From assembly GCA_008632985.1 (NCBI GenBank), contig QPGO01000058.1:248001-312000 (forward strand): a stretch of DNA of 64,000 nt. Reading direction: 5' to 3'. The DNA comes from Psammoneis japonica. Lineage: Eukaryota. How positions within the stretch are numbered: position 1 is the first letter of the stretch; every line of letters starts with the position of its first letter. The position numbers were made by a program, and so were the translations under genes. The notes beneath the pieces were generated by a model. It saw nothing but the letters and a program-made list of their open reading frames with translations. It was not told the origin of the DNA and ran no database searches. Shown piece after piece: positions 1 through 11,689 of the stretch.

Positions 1-803
1 AAATTTGGGCACCCTAATATTCCTATCGTAGGCACACCTTCCTACATAAAGCAAGATATTTCGTTGGAAAGTGACCAATAGTCAAGCTGAGCAACTTCCA
101 GCATAAAGAACCGGCACATCGATGAAAACTATGGTCCGCGGCAAAATCTACCTACCTCTAAGAGTGCTAAAGCAACTGCATACTGACCACCTTGTCTTTT
201 CCCGCGCAGAAAGCCCTTTGTACCGTCAATTGGATCTAGACACCATACTCTAGGTGGTCTTCCTCCGTTGTTTTCCCATGCAAGATAAGACTTCCCCAAA
301 TCAATACTCTGCTTCACGTGCTGCAAAGTCTCAAACTCAACAGCATTCAATATCGCCTGTGCTAATTCTTTTTGATCGTCTAAAGCTGCGCTAGATTCTT
401 CTGCAATAAAGGAATCGTTCGGAAAAGCTTCGTGTAAATTTTGCAGCACAATGGCTTGAGCAGCATAATCCGCAACAGTCACGGGCGATAAGTCAGCCTT
501 TGCAACTGTTCCAATTGCCTCCTTCGAATCCGGTTGAAGACGTTCCGTCACCACGCATGCTTTTCGAACCGCACTTAGCGCCACTAAAACGTCATTACGG
601 CGAGGAAACTCGGTTGGTATTTCATCATGATCATCAAAAGCGGAGGCCGATCGTGAGGAAAGTGCCGACTGAGAACGAGTGGCAGAAACAGTAGTGTACT
701 TTGAGCTACCGCTGCGAAATGCCGGGAGGAAGAAAGTCGCTCTCTTGGCACCAAGCTGACTCCACAACGATGTTAGTAAGCCGCATGACAGTACAAGCAT
801 CAT
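1..803 (-). CDS. 3'(2'),5'-bisphosphate nucleotidase / inositol monophosphatase family (HAL2/SAL1-like), runs off the window start
   Basis: Motifs KADLSPVTVADYAAQA, IAEES and WCLDPIDGTKGFLRG..QYAVALAL. GT-AG intron at ~42-156, then exon EGVPTIGILGCPN. Confidence 0.9.
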
Positions 804-944
804 CGTCGTCGCACCGATTAGACTACGGTACAATCAATCGATCAATCGACCTTGTTGTCATGCATTTTATTGAAAGAGGTAATGAGTGCTCCAGTCACGA
901 GTCGCAAATCATTCACGGCCGCGAGAACTTCGTAGAAAAACGTA

Positions 945-1319
945 ATGTCCGTTTTCAGTTTTCAAGTTGGGACGTTGGTGCGGTCTACAATCTCACAATT
1001 TCCAAACAACCCGACAAACAACGCCACAACGCTCACCACAATGACCACTACATGCAAAAACAGCAACAGCCAAACGACTGCCAATGCTACTAGTACGACG
1101 GAAACATTCTATACCAAAACACAAGATGACTTGATTCAGGGCGAGGACCAAGGCAAAACCAAGACAGTGACAACAACGACTACAGTGACTACATCTCGAA
1201 CTCCAAGTGTAATTCGTTACATCCATCCTATTTGCTGGATTCGACGCCTGGCCACTGGAAGTTGGGATCGGAAAAGGAAAACCGTGACCGTCACACAAGA
1301 AACAAGGAAGTTCCAGTGA
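945..1319 (+). CDS. Small Thr-rich hypothetical protein
   Basis: 124-aa ATG-initiated ORF of low complexity, divergent from the nucleotidase gene. No recognisable motif. Confidence 0.3.
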   Translation: MSVFSFQVGTLVRSTISQFPNNPTNNATTLTTMTTTCKNSNSQTTANATSTTETFYTKTQDDLIQGEDQGKTKTVTTTTTVTTSRTPSVIRYIHPICWIRRLATGSWDRKRKTVTVTQETRKFQ

Positions 1320-2927
1320 TCAGGATGTTTCGATCGCTGTGGCAGCGTAGAGACTATCAAGATGAGACGCTTCTTTTTTGAAAGCTGGACAAATAATAAT
1401 GGTAACTCGCTCAGCAGATAAAGCATATCTACTAGAATACAATAGAGAAGTTCAACACTCTAGCAAAACATCCCTCGTGTCATGCACCATGCATCGTCCT
1501 GGTAAAACGGAATGGGCCGATTCTGTCCATCGAGCGATAGTGTCGATGCATGTCCTAGAATGCTAAGGTATGGGATGATCAGGTGCAGATCTGAATACCA
1601 ATGCTCCTACTTTGAACTTTGGTTTCACCACAAGACAGATACTCGTAGCTGCTGGTGGCTTTCAAGCAACGCAAGCTATCAAGCACGCATGTAGAAGTTG
1701 CAGCTACCGGTAGAGTAGAGAGCATAGTGAGCATGTTTAGCTAGTTACGGTAGCTACAGTAGAGCATAGCATAGAGGTACTGTAGCATTGAGCATAGCAA
1801 GACCGACACCAATCTAGAGTGCTGTCGAGAGAAAAGCACGCACGTTAGCCATAATAATTTGGTAGTTGGTGCAGAAAACTGCATGCACACGCGACGAACC
1901 ACTCGTGACTCGTGAATGAATGAATCCTGCATACCGCGCTCTCGGGTGAACCAGGCAGGTAGGGTAGCAATAGAGGGTCGACAATCAGAATGCTCATAAC
2001 TCACAACATTCAAAAAGCAAAAGCAGTAGCGACAACAACTCGAAAAGAAATTTTGATACGATCATGTGCAACAAAACCGTCACCAACACCACCTCTGTCT
2101 CATCCTGTGACTCCACGAGAAGCGAAAAGGTGGAACGGAATCCGAGCATCATTCGTTTCGCCCGAAGATCCATTCGCTATACAGGATTCGCTGTCTTGCC
2201 ATTGGAAGTGAGAAAAGGGAAGCAGACAAAGGAAGTGCCATTCGAGAGTACCACCAAGACTAAGAGAAGTGCCGAGCCCTGTCAAATCACCGTTCGCCAC
2301 ACCGGATTCGGTCTCTTGCCACGGGGAATTGGAGCACAGTGAACCTACGGGGCATCAAAAGTTTCAAGAGAAGTGAGGCAAGTTCTCTAGCAGAACAACT
2401 TTCACGTATTCAAGTGTGTCATCAGGTTTAGTTCTCTCTAGAAGGGCATATATAACAGTAAAGATGGATTTGCATGCAACTGAAAGCAGATGCCTTGCGC
2501 TACTCCTACCTTATGGTACTTCGGTTAGAAACAATATTCTATATTTCAATACCAAGTCATCGGTATTGAAAAGAAGCAGTGGCTAAAGACAGTATGCACT
2601 TCAAGATGAGTAGGACAAGCGATAGAATGGCCTCTTGTTTCAAAACAGAAGATAATGTTGCCGTGCACGCGGAATTGATATGAGGATGATGGACGGTCGC
2701 AGTCTTCACCCATACCAGTACCGGACGCCATTGGATTCAGTAGCAAAGACGAGAAATTAAGCTTCCTAGAAACAAAAACAAAAGAACGAGTATCGAGTTT
2801 GACTTCTTTTGTTCCCTAATTGAGTTTGGTCCTAATCAGAAGCAGGTGCTTGAAGAAGTCGTGGCTCGTTCCAACCTCGAACCACTGACGCTGCAGATGC
2901 CACACTTGGTGATAACCCACAAGGCCA

Positions 2928-4928
2928 ATGACTCTTGATCGAGATGATGCGATTAGTCCTTTTACAAAAACCTTGATTTTGCGGAGAAGCATGGGAAAAG
3001 GAATTCGCGGGTGTTCGCATGACACGACTGACAAGCACGACTCAAAAGCACGTCTCACGAAGAAGAGATGCAAGCGGTGTTTTATCTCTCGCAAAATTAA
3101 TACTGCAAGGTAATTTGAAGAGAAACGTAAAAGAATCATGAATACAAAGAAGACATTCGAGGTGTTCTTCCAGGGCACGCCTTGCCTAGCTGGGCATGTT
3201 CACGTCCTCATGACTGGAGAAGCTATATGAAGACTCTAAACTTCTTGTGTGAAAGCGGCACCTTCGCCGTCGTCTCCAGTGGAGTCAGGGCCCGCATTAT
3301 TGCAGCCCTACACATTCTCTCAGAGCATCAAGCCCTTTCAATGCTTCTGAAACATTGTGAGCCATCCGATATTGCCAAGGCACTGACCCTGCTAGACAGA
3401 CCACGTAAAGCTCGTCAGCTGGATCGAAAGATCACGCGGATTGAGAGCGAAAGACCACATGTGATTCGAGGTGATGCGTGTGTCGACAGCGAAGGCCAAG
3501 AGCTCAAGAGGAATACCCGAAAGCGAACACGCGGAAAAGTTGACGTATATAGAGGCAGGCATAAAGGCATTGTTTCGGAATTGAGAGTGAAGCCGCACGT
3601 TGTGACAACAAGGGATGCTTGGAAGCTCATGAAAGCAGTGCGGTGAAGGAGTTGATTGAGTCTTCGTCTGTATCTGGAGCCCTTTCAAGAAAAATCAGAA
3701 ACTGGGCGAAGACCGGTCTCACAAGTGATTCCCTAGAGTTCATGTTGCTAGCCATGCCTCCTACCATTTGGAAGACAATTGCCGATATCGTGCATTTCAG
3801 TCCTAACGACTTTTCTCTTCCTTACTTCCTTGTCGACGTCCATCGACAAGACATGACTGACCATGAAGGACAGAGCGACTGCTCTATGGAAAGCAACTTC
3901 GTGCATTCACTGAAGGAGCTAGTGAAGAAGTCTTACGACGCTGACGTTGAGTTGAAGTTCCGTGCACTAGCCGAAGAGTATCCGCAAGTATTTCTCAGCT
4001 ATCAGTTCATTCCTCTCCAGGAAAGCCTGGCGACCAGACCAGGAATCATGGAGCTTATTGCGCGACACGCCCCATTGGAAACTGTCATCTGGTAGTTCGA
4101 AGAATTCTACAAGGTCTCGAGGAACTGTGAGGCTATCCTTCAAGAGCGTCTGACAAGCGGCAAGTATGACGTGCGCAACACTATGGCGAAATCAAAGGCC
4201 ACGTCGTACGGCAAACTGCTTGAACGAATCCTCACGTTCCGTAGGATGAGGTTGAGTCTCGCTACTGATATTCTTCCGGTCGCGGCTCATCGTCTAGAGG
4301 AACTCACATCGTACTGGAAGGGCTTCCTTAGCAAGGGGAACAAAGTGGCGGTCTTTGGTGACGCCTCTTCGAGTATGCAGCTTGCCATTGAAGCCGCCAC
4401 CATTTTTGCTAGCATGGTGTCCGCATGCTTTGACGGGGAGTTGAGCTTCTTTGCATCGAGACTTGTGGATTCACCACATCGAAAACCATCGAGCGTGGAT
4501 GAGACGCTTGAAGTGTGCGACAAGATCCGTGCAAGCGGCTGCACTTCATTGGCAGCGGCATTATGGCCATACTATGTCAAGAAGGAGCATATGACATGTT
4601 TGTATTGGTGACGGACGAGGAGGAAAACACCTTCCACGAAGGACACATGTTTGCGGATCTGCTTGCAGCGTACAAGGAGGAAATTAACCCAGAGGTCACG
4701 CTAGTTGTTGTATGTGTCGGAAAGGGTTGCCCGCGGTTCCGTGCCAGCCTCGCTTCCAACCAGATTGACTACAAGGTGGTGTACATTGATTCGCATCGAC
4801 CTGATCTGGCCAAGTTTGATGCGCTTCTCGGACAACTTGTCTGGTATCATCTGGTGGAGAACTTCCCAATGACACCGCAAAGAAGCGCTCACCCGAGCTT
4901 GATGATTTTGTCGTCTTGTGAGGGATGA
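2928..4928 (+). pseudogene. vWA (MIDAS) domain protein, TROVE/Ro60-like C-terminus; disrupted
   Basis: VAVFGDASSSM (DxSxS), ASGCTSLAAAL and FVLVTDEEEN motifs. Reading frame is broken by in-frame stops (TAA 3111, TAG 4093) and frameshifts (~3640, ~4590). Confidence 0.6.
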
Positions 4929-5163
4929 TGAAACCTCGGCCATAGTAGTACTTCATTAGGAATAACTGTCTAATCAATAACAGTCTTAGTTTGTCTTTCA
5001 CTTCTTTCGACCATCCCGGCTCTTCAAGTCGTTGACTGTTTCTGGATCGGTGTTGTCACTCTCGGACGAGATATAGTGCGTCAGGTACACCCACATTCGA
5101 CCTGGCGGGCGTACCGAGCCAGAAAAGTTATGAACAAACCTTCTGTAAGAGACGTCTTATTGT

Positions 5164-6213
5164 TCACACGCATCTGACACTCAAAAGCTCTCGAATGTTG
5201 CCGATTCCATTGTCATGGACCTGTACTGTGTCTACCTGTAGCCGGTACTCTGAGACGTTTGTGTCTGCATCGTCGGCAGGGACCGTCACTCGAGCAGCGG
5301 CCTCACAAAAGGCGCTCGAGCCACCGCCAACTCCAAAGTAGAAACGCTTCGTGGCCACAAGTCCAACGCCAACGTCCTTTTTTAAATGACGCGCCATCAA
5401 GATAGCCGTATCGTGTGCAGCATCGGCAGTGTACGTAGTCTCTGCAGCAAGAATCAAATCGAACCGTCCATCTGGAGGTAATCGAGGCAGGGATGTGGTG
5501 TCTGTATTCTTATTTTGCTGCTGTTGTGGCAACGAGCCTGCTTGAAGGCTTTTCGACAATTCCATCCAGTCTCCTCCCACCAAGGTAACATGTCTAGCAA
5601 CGATATCCATGAGTTGGTCCGTGTCCTTATCCTCACACAAGCTGTTTGTGTTGAGAACAATGTTGGAAAGCGTAACATCTCTAAGGACAAACTCGTTGTA
5701 TTCCGAAAGGAGATCGAGAACGGTTTGTCGTTTGCCAATTCTTCACCGCTTGAAGATCGACGCATCAACTCTTGCCTCAAAACGAGGCATCCTGGAGAGC
5801 GTGGCCACACCCAAGCTCCATGATATAGCCGTTGCGAGGGATCTCTAGTGCTGTTTGATCGGATTCCGGTGGTACCAACCATTGCTTGACCAGAAATTGA
5901 CACAAATCAATGCTGCACTCCCAAACTTTCAATCCACCTTCATACACACCCGGCAAATGTCGGTTTGCTTGCGTTCGAGTTCTTGAACAATTTCCTCGCC
6001 ATGACTGGTCGTGGTGAATCCGTCTGCAGCGTTGGCGGACAAATAGCTCGACGATTCTCGTGCACGTAGCAGAGGAGTTGAAACGAATTGATCGTTGCAT
6101 AGAGGAATGGTATCATATCGAATGGGTTCATGGAACCGTTCTCGAAGCAAATTCCCAACATTTTCAAGAATGATTAGTGGAGCTTGCGCTCTCGCGTCGT
6201 CGTTGCCGGCCAT
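5164..6213 (-). CDS. Histidine protein methyltransferase (METTL18/Hpm1-like), frameshifted in this sequence
   Basis: PGVYEGGLKVWECSIDL, ELGCGHAL, FDLILAAETTY and ATKRFYFGVGGG spread over several overlapping frames. Confidence 0.85.
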
Positions 6214-6559
6214 TTTTTCTCATGACGTTCAGATTCGCAAAAATCGTTGTTGTTGTTGTCAGCGATGCTAGGATATTCCGGTGGCAAGTCCTCAAAGTTG
6301 AAACGAAATCCCGACATTGTTCTCCAATGATTTGTTTCGCGGTGCGAATGTATTCAACAGATCTTTGTCTCGTCTCTGAAAAAGAAGCTTCCGTCGTCTC
6401 CGCAGAACCATTGCTATGCCATCCAACAAACAAATCTCTCAAATCGAAAATTGAAAATTTGAATGGTCGCGGATGCAGTCTCGGTCGCGCGATCGTTGCG
6501 CCTATAGTTGGTTGGCGTCGGCTTTGTCTGAACATGAGCAGCCGGACAAACCGGAACCT

Positions 6560-8280
6560 GCGCGTAGCTTGCAAGTGAAGACAACGGAAACGATGGAGAA
6601 GGAGGATGAACTGTGGGCACTGTGGGCTCGATTCCTGTCAAAGTTGCAGGGACAGGCTGTTTCATTTGACAGCCTTGCGCCGGGCAGCAACTGGAAAGGA
6701 GTTCTGCTGGCTGAGCTTGAGGTTCGACAACTTGGAAGCAAGGGTGATCTTGCCTGTCGTCGAGAAGAAAAAGGGGCAGCAAGCAAAGACTTTGGAAGAT
6801 GGCATCCTTCCCTTGTTGCAAAACATCAGTTTGTTGCCCCCTTCAGTTCCAAAACCAGGGCAGGACCATGCTCCAGCAGCGACAGCAGCCAGAGATGAGA
6901 ATTTTGGGACTTCCAAAAAACTGCTCACAACCTGCCACACTGTTGGTTTGACTGCGATGATGAAACTGGTCATGTTTCTTGCACAAGTGAGAACAATGCA
7001 GTGGTGCTTGTCAGGTGCAGTGGCCTTGTGAAAGATGTCGCCAAAGCTGTGGGGCTGGACCCCGAAACTTTCACAGGGGGTTGGCGCTTTCGGGTTGCGC
7101 TGCGGGATGCATGGGTTGCAACCTTGAGTGTGACTCCTGTTGGAGTGATCAAGGTAAAACAGCTGGAAGAAGACAAAAATGGCTCTGGCAAGAATGTTTT
7201 GGATGAGTCTGCAGTCCTGGGAGACGAGCTGTGCAACTTTCAAAAAAAAGCTCCCAAACTTTCATGGCGTGAGTCCTGCCTTCGGCATGCGCCAGCCACG
7301 TTTGAGTCCTGGAGATGAGTCTGTTGGATTCCCCAGGTTGATGTGGATGTCAACAAGATTGTCAAGACTTCCAGCCCCTTCCCATTTTTGCAGCCCACTC
7401 ACTGCTCCAAAAAAGAATGCACCGGAGAAGAAAACGTTGCCCCCAGGACTCACTGCTCCCAGCAAGACCAACACCCTGTTTCGCATGACACTGCAGACGA
7501 TGATGAGATCATTGAGGATGGGGATGAGAGAGCAGCAACAACCACAGGACCCTTTGCAGGTCCAAGAATTGCAACAGAGCAGATGGCAGCCATTGCTGCA
7601 GCAGCACTTTGCAAAATGGCAACCAAGGCAAAACAGAGTCCATCATTTGGTGACCCACCATTTGACAGGCTAACAGAATGAATGCTGTTGCATTTTACAA
7701 AGGGAAATTCACAGAGCATTCACTGGCACCACATGGGGCATTTGGAAGGAGAGGGGAAGTGGAGCAAACACACAAATCCAAAGAAGTGCTTGCATGCCAT
7801 TCTTGAAGGCCTGGGGAGGGGCTCTGAGATGGACAGGTTTGGTTGATGTGTGCAAGTTCAGGGAGCCATTTGCATGTTAAAATTTCTTGTCAAGAATAAA
7901 AAAGAAGAGCTGCACAATGATGTGAAACATGAGATGGAGAAATGGAAGGCAGCACATCTGGAATTCAAGGTTTGTCGTGAAATGTGGTGTGGGTGAGACA
8001 CACTGCAGAGGCCTCACTTTGCATTGGTGGAGCCTGCCCACAGGCTAGATGTGTCAAAGCAACACTGCAGGCTAATTCTGCCTCCAAGGGTTTGGTTCAT
8101 TTGGACATGGCCTGGCGAAATATGGGATTGCATGCTGGTGGAGGGGATCATCATGCCGTTTGGTGTTTGATTTGGGTCGAGTCCGAAAGGCGACTGCCGG
8201 CGATGAGCATTGGGTGGAGCACGCAATTGCAAACTTGGAACAAGAGGCGTAGTGGCGCAGTGTCCTGGAATCATTGCTGA
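6560..8280. mobile_element. Degenerate, TpA-depleted probable transposon remnant, family not identified
   Basis: Near absence of TA, TG/CA excess, and broken ORFs with TGA stops. Same composition as the identified TE blocks. Boundaries approximate. Confidence 0.5.
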
Positions 8281-8399
8281 GAAAGTCACGAAAAAGAAGA
8301 GAGGACGAAAGCTCCGCCAACCGTTCAAGTCGAAGAAGAACGCCAAGAGCCCAGGAAATCCAGAGGCAGGATATACCACCTCATCGCTGACGCCTCTTC

Positions 8400-8635
8400 G
8401 CTGACGAGCGCCACAGACTACACTGCTCTCATGAGATTGCTATGGAGCGTATCGGCCAATATCTCAAGGGAACACTCAGTGAATGCCTCATTCTCCGTCC
8501 TTCCGGAGACGTCGACATCGACGTCTATTGCGACTCAGATTTCGCCGGCCTTTGGCGATTTCAAGACGTTCAAGATCCTAATTTGGTGAAGAGCCGAACC
8601 GGATTCGTGATCTCTCTCAGCAACTGCCCCATTAC
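8400..8635 (+). mobile_element. Ty1/copia (CoDi-like) RT-RNase H junction fragment
   Basis: HEIAMERIGQYLKGT...IDVYCDSDFAGLW...DPNLVKSRTGFVISLSNCPI matches the copia RNase H N-terminal motif. Confidence 0.85.
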
Positions 8636-8854
8636 AAGTAATCAATATAATCTAGTAAACGATGAATGTATTCTTTCGCGGCGATTATCGATTGCGCGTA
8701 ATTACGAAGCAGCATCTTGAACTAGTAGGTATGACCCCATTACGGGCGAGCAGCGCCCTGTCATCGTGTCGAGAGATGGACGCGAACATTTGTTCGGGCA
8801 AACGACCGCCGTCTTCAAGACAACAGTCTTCCACTTCATGCAATGCTGATAGAG

Positions 8855-9712
8855 TCACTCGTCTTCCAAACCCAGGGGCTCAATGCTCCACGTACCAATC
8901 GATAGAACTTCATCACCCCAAATTTTACTCCTTTTCACAGTCATCGATTTTGGTGCAATGGAGAGAAACTCTTCTTGCCCAGGCCAAGGCCCTTGTGACA
9001 GCTCATCAGCATCACGCGGGTACACTTCTTCGGCCTTTCGCAGTTTCCTCAACTTTTCGTCTCGTCGCAGCGTTAGTTCGGTCATGTCTTTGTACGCTGC
9101 AATGGTTTCAAGCATCTCTGTCCCATCAAGCCGGCGGTCTCCCGTTTCGTGGGCGACTTGTTTCTCAAGAATGCGTTGCGCTTCCTTGTATTCCGTAAGT
9201 ATAGGCGCGATCTTGCGACTACCAATTTCAAGTTCCTCTTCACGCCAACAATTGGCCGTGAAATATATGCGTTCTGACTTCTCCAACCCAACATCGTTAC
9301 GCTGCACTGAATCCTTCAACTCGATCCAAAAGTCAAGTTTCGATGCGTAACCTTTTTTGCCTGCGGGTAGCTCTATCTTCCAGGCACCTTCATTAAATGT
9401 TGCCATCTGTTGTCCTTCGTTGGTGATGTACGTGGCAGACGATTTTGGTTTCAACAGACTTCCACCGTTCCCCAGAATGGAATCTCTGCGTTTGGATGGA
9501 GACGATTCGATTTCAATGTCAATGGGTAGAACAAGACGGGCCCCGGAGGCACCCCACTCATCCGGCATGTTACATGACGATTCGCGACCAATGTTCAAGG
9601 TTAAACGCCACGACGCAGGTGCCCATGGTGATGAAAAGGCATCGACAGAAAATGAGAAAAGAACCGCCAACAAAGTCAACGACAAATACGTAGAAACAAT
9701 GATTTCTCTCAT
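8855..9712 (-). CDS. Conserved-looking hypothetical protein, probably plastid-targeted
   Basis: Intact 285-aa ORF. Hydrophobic signal peptide ending in VDA-F (ASAFAP-like). Confidence 0.7.
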   Translation of the reverse strand: MREIIVSTYLSLTLLAVLFSFSVDAFSSPWAPASWRLTLNIGRESSCNMPDEWGASGARLVLPIDIEIESSPSKRRDSILGNGGSLLKPKSSATYITNEGQQMATFNEGAWKIELPAGKKGYASKLDFWIELKDSVQRNDVGLEKSERIYFTANCWREEELEIGSRKIAPILTEYKEAQRILEKQVAHETGDRRLDGTEMLETIAAYKDMTELTLRRDEKLRKLRKAEEVYPRDADELSQGPWPGQEEFLSIAPKSMTVKRSKIWGDEVLSIGTWSIEPLGLEDE

Positions 9713-9933
9713 CGATTCGGCATCGCCTGTTTTTCAGCTGGGCTGGGAAGCTCTTTGCTTTTCGTTGTTGCAGTGCATAGTGTCCAGTCTCGTCAGCCGT
9801 CGGCCGTCGGCCCATTCTCACAATTTTTCAATTTTTCCCGCTCGAGCTCTTCTCTGACCACGTGTCACACGGGATTCACGGAAAATCTGACTCCCGTGGA
9901 AAAATTTTGCGCGATCCATCCGCGCCGCGCACC

Positions 9934-11391
9934 CACCCCTGTGCAAGGGAAGAGCATGGATGTGATGGCATGGTGATGTAATTTAGACGTCATCCAAAAT
10001 TTTTTGCTCGTTGGTGAGCGTGCCATCCAGGGACATGACATCAACAGTGTGGAACGCATCAGTCCGATCAAGCCAGGTGGACAGGTTTCCCTGAAATGTC
10101 TCGATTTTAGTCCTCCTGTTGGAGTGGACAATGCACTTGGAAGAAGAAACATTTGTCCCCAACAATGCCAATGGCTGGTTCGAAACCAGTGCAAAAGGAC
10201 GGTCGCTGCAGGTGACAAGGAATGACACATGCCTGTGCCTCATGTCCAATGGTGACGGCCAACAGCACAGGGGAATCTTGAGTCCAACAAATTCCTCCAT
10301 TGATGAAACAATCCGGGTGTTGCAAGTTGCGGTCATGAGTGGGAAGGGTGTCGAAGCGACCGATGGCAGGTGAGCAAAAAAGCGATTGCGTAGCTCCTGG
10401 AATTCAGAACGAAAGGATAGACCAAAACTGACGAAAAGATGGATTTCATCAAGAGCAACAAGCTGCAGCAAACCCTGGTGTGCGGTGCACAGAAGAAATT
10501 GCAACAACCGCTCATTGGAAACAATCAACTGAGGGGAAGCAAACAAAAACACTGTCCCACGAACCGGCAATGAGATGCGCCGCATTCTGTCAAAAAAATG
10601 TTCCATGCGATTGCGATGTTTTGATGTTTCATCCAAATGAAAAGAGGTGACCGGACCGTGTTCTTGTTGTTGTGTGGCTCGTGTCATAATTTTGCGGCAC
10701 TGATCGGAACCCAAGGATGAAAGAGGGATGACAGCGAGGATCATGCCATGGCGGCAGATGCCAACGACATCACGGACAAGGGATTTGCCGCCTCCTGTGG
10801 GTCGGACTGGCAACAATGGCTGGGCTTGTTGATTTTGTGTTGAAGCAAGCAGTTGGGAGCTAACCTCAACCTGCCAACTGTGAGGTTGCTTGCCGAACAC
10901 ATTGATGGAGACGTCGATGAAGGCCTGGGAGGAGGGTGCGGGTGTCGTTGTAGAGTTGGGGTTGATAGAGTCATCTGTGTCAGGCACTGCAACAGTTGAA
11001 AAAAGGTGCAAGTTGTTGCTGTGTAATGCCACCAACAACACACACTCGACAGCGGTAAAAATCACATTGCCTGATGCAGCGGAGTCATTGTGGACACCGC
11101 CAACAGGCGCCGCGTCGTGGGAAGGCGTGGACGACGCATCGCTCGACATCATCATGGTGGACTGTTGTTGACGCGTGTTTTTTGTGTGTTGCGCGAGAGG
11201 TGAAAAATGTTCGAGTGCTGCCCTCAGTGTTTGGTGGCCAGAGAATTAGTGGGGGTGCTATGGGATGGGAGTTATTACTTAACGACATATAATTATTAGT
11301 GCGTATGTGAATATATGCAACTCAACGCATGTGGTGATGTCATCACACACCACACCCACCTGCATTCCATAGCAGCCCTTGCACAGGGGTG
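9934..11391 (-). mobile_element. DNA transposon with 16-bp TIRs and 9-bp TSD carrying a RecQ-like helicase (AcademH-like, non-autonomous)
   Basis: TIRs CACCCCTGTGCAAGGG (9934-9949) and CCCTTGCACAGGGGTG (11376-11391). Identical flanks CCGCGCACC at 9925-9933 and 11392-11400. Confidence 0.85.
9983..11155 (-). pseudogene. RecQ-like SF2 helicase, C-terminally truncated
   Basis: PHSWQ (Q motif), PTGGGKS (I), IPLSSLGSDQ (Ia), DEIH (II), SFRSEF, MTAT (III), CIVHSN (IV). Motifs V-VI are absent. No Tyr in 390 aa. Confidence 0.85.
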
Positions 11392-11689
11392 CCGCGCACC
11401 GTGGTTTCGCTCGCTTGGCGTTTTCTTCTTGTTTGTACAGTGCTGTAGTCGTAAGTGACCAATCTAAAAAAACTAAAAACTACGAATGGCGATGAATGAC
11501 CGTCATAATTGGACGACAGCAGCAAGATCTTTGAAAGATATGCTCTACAAGAAAGTAAGAGAGTAAAATGGGTATTGGAACCTGCCTCTTTGGCTCAAAG
11601 CACATGATTTTGGAGGTAGTAGCATTGTATGTAGTTTGTATTAACATTACCTAGAGCTATTTCTTTATCCCAGATGTGTCGAGGCCTTT

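Noticed and set aside
1690..1800. TAG-rich low-complexity stretch as a repeat array or CRISPR
   Set aside because: No constant repeat-spacer structure, and the context is eukaryotic.
11545..11615. tRNA-like fragment on the minus strand (gcaggttccaatacc)
   Set aside because: No cloverleaf or A box could be built.
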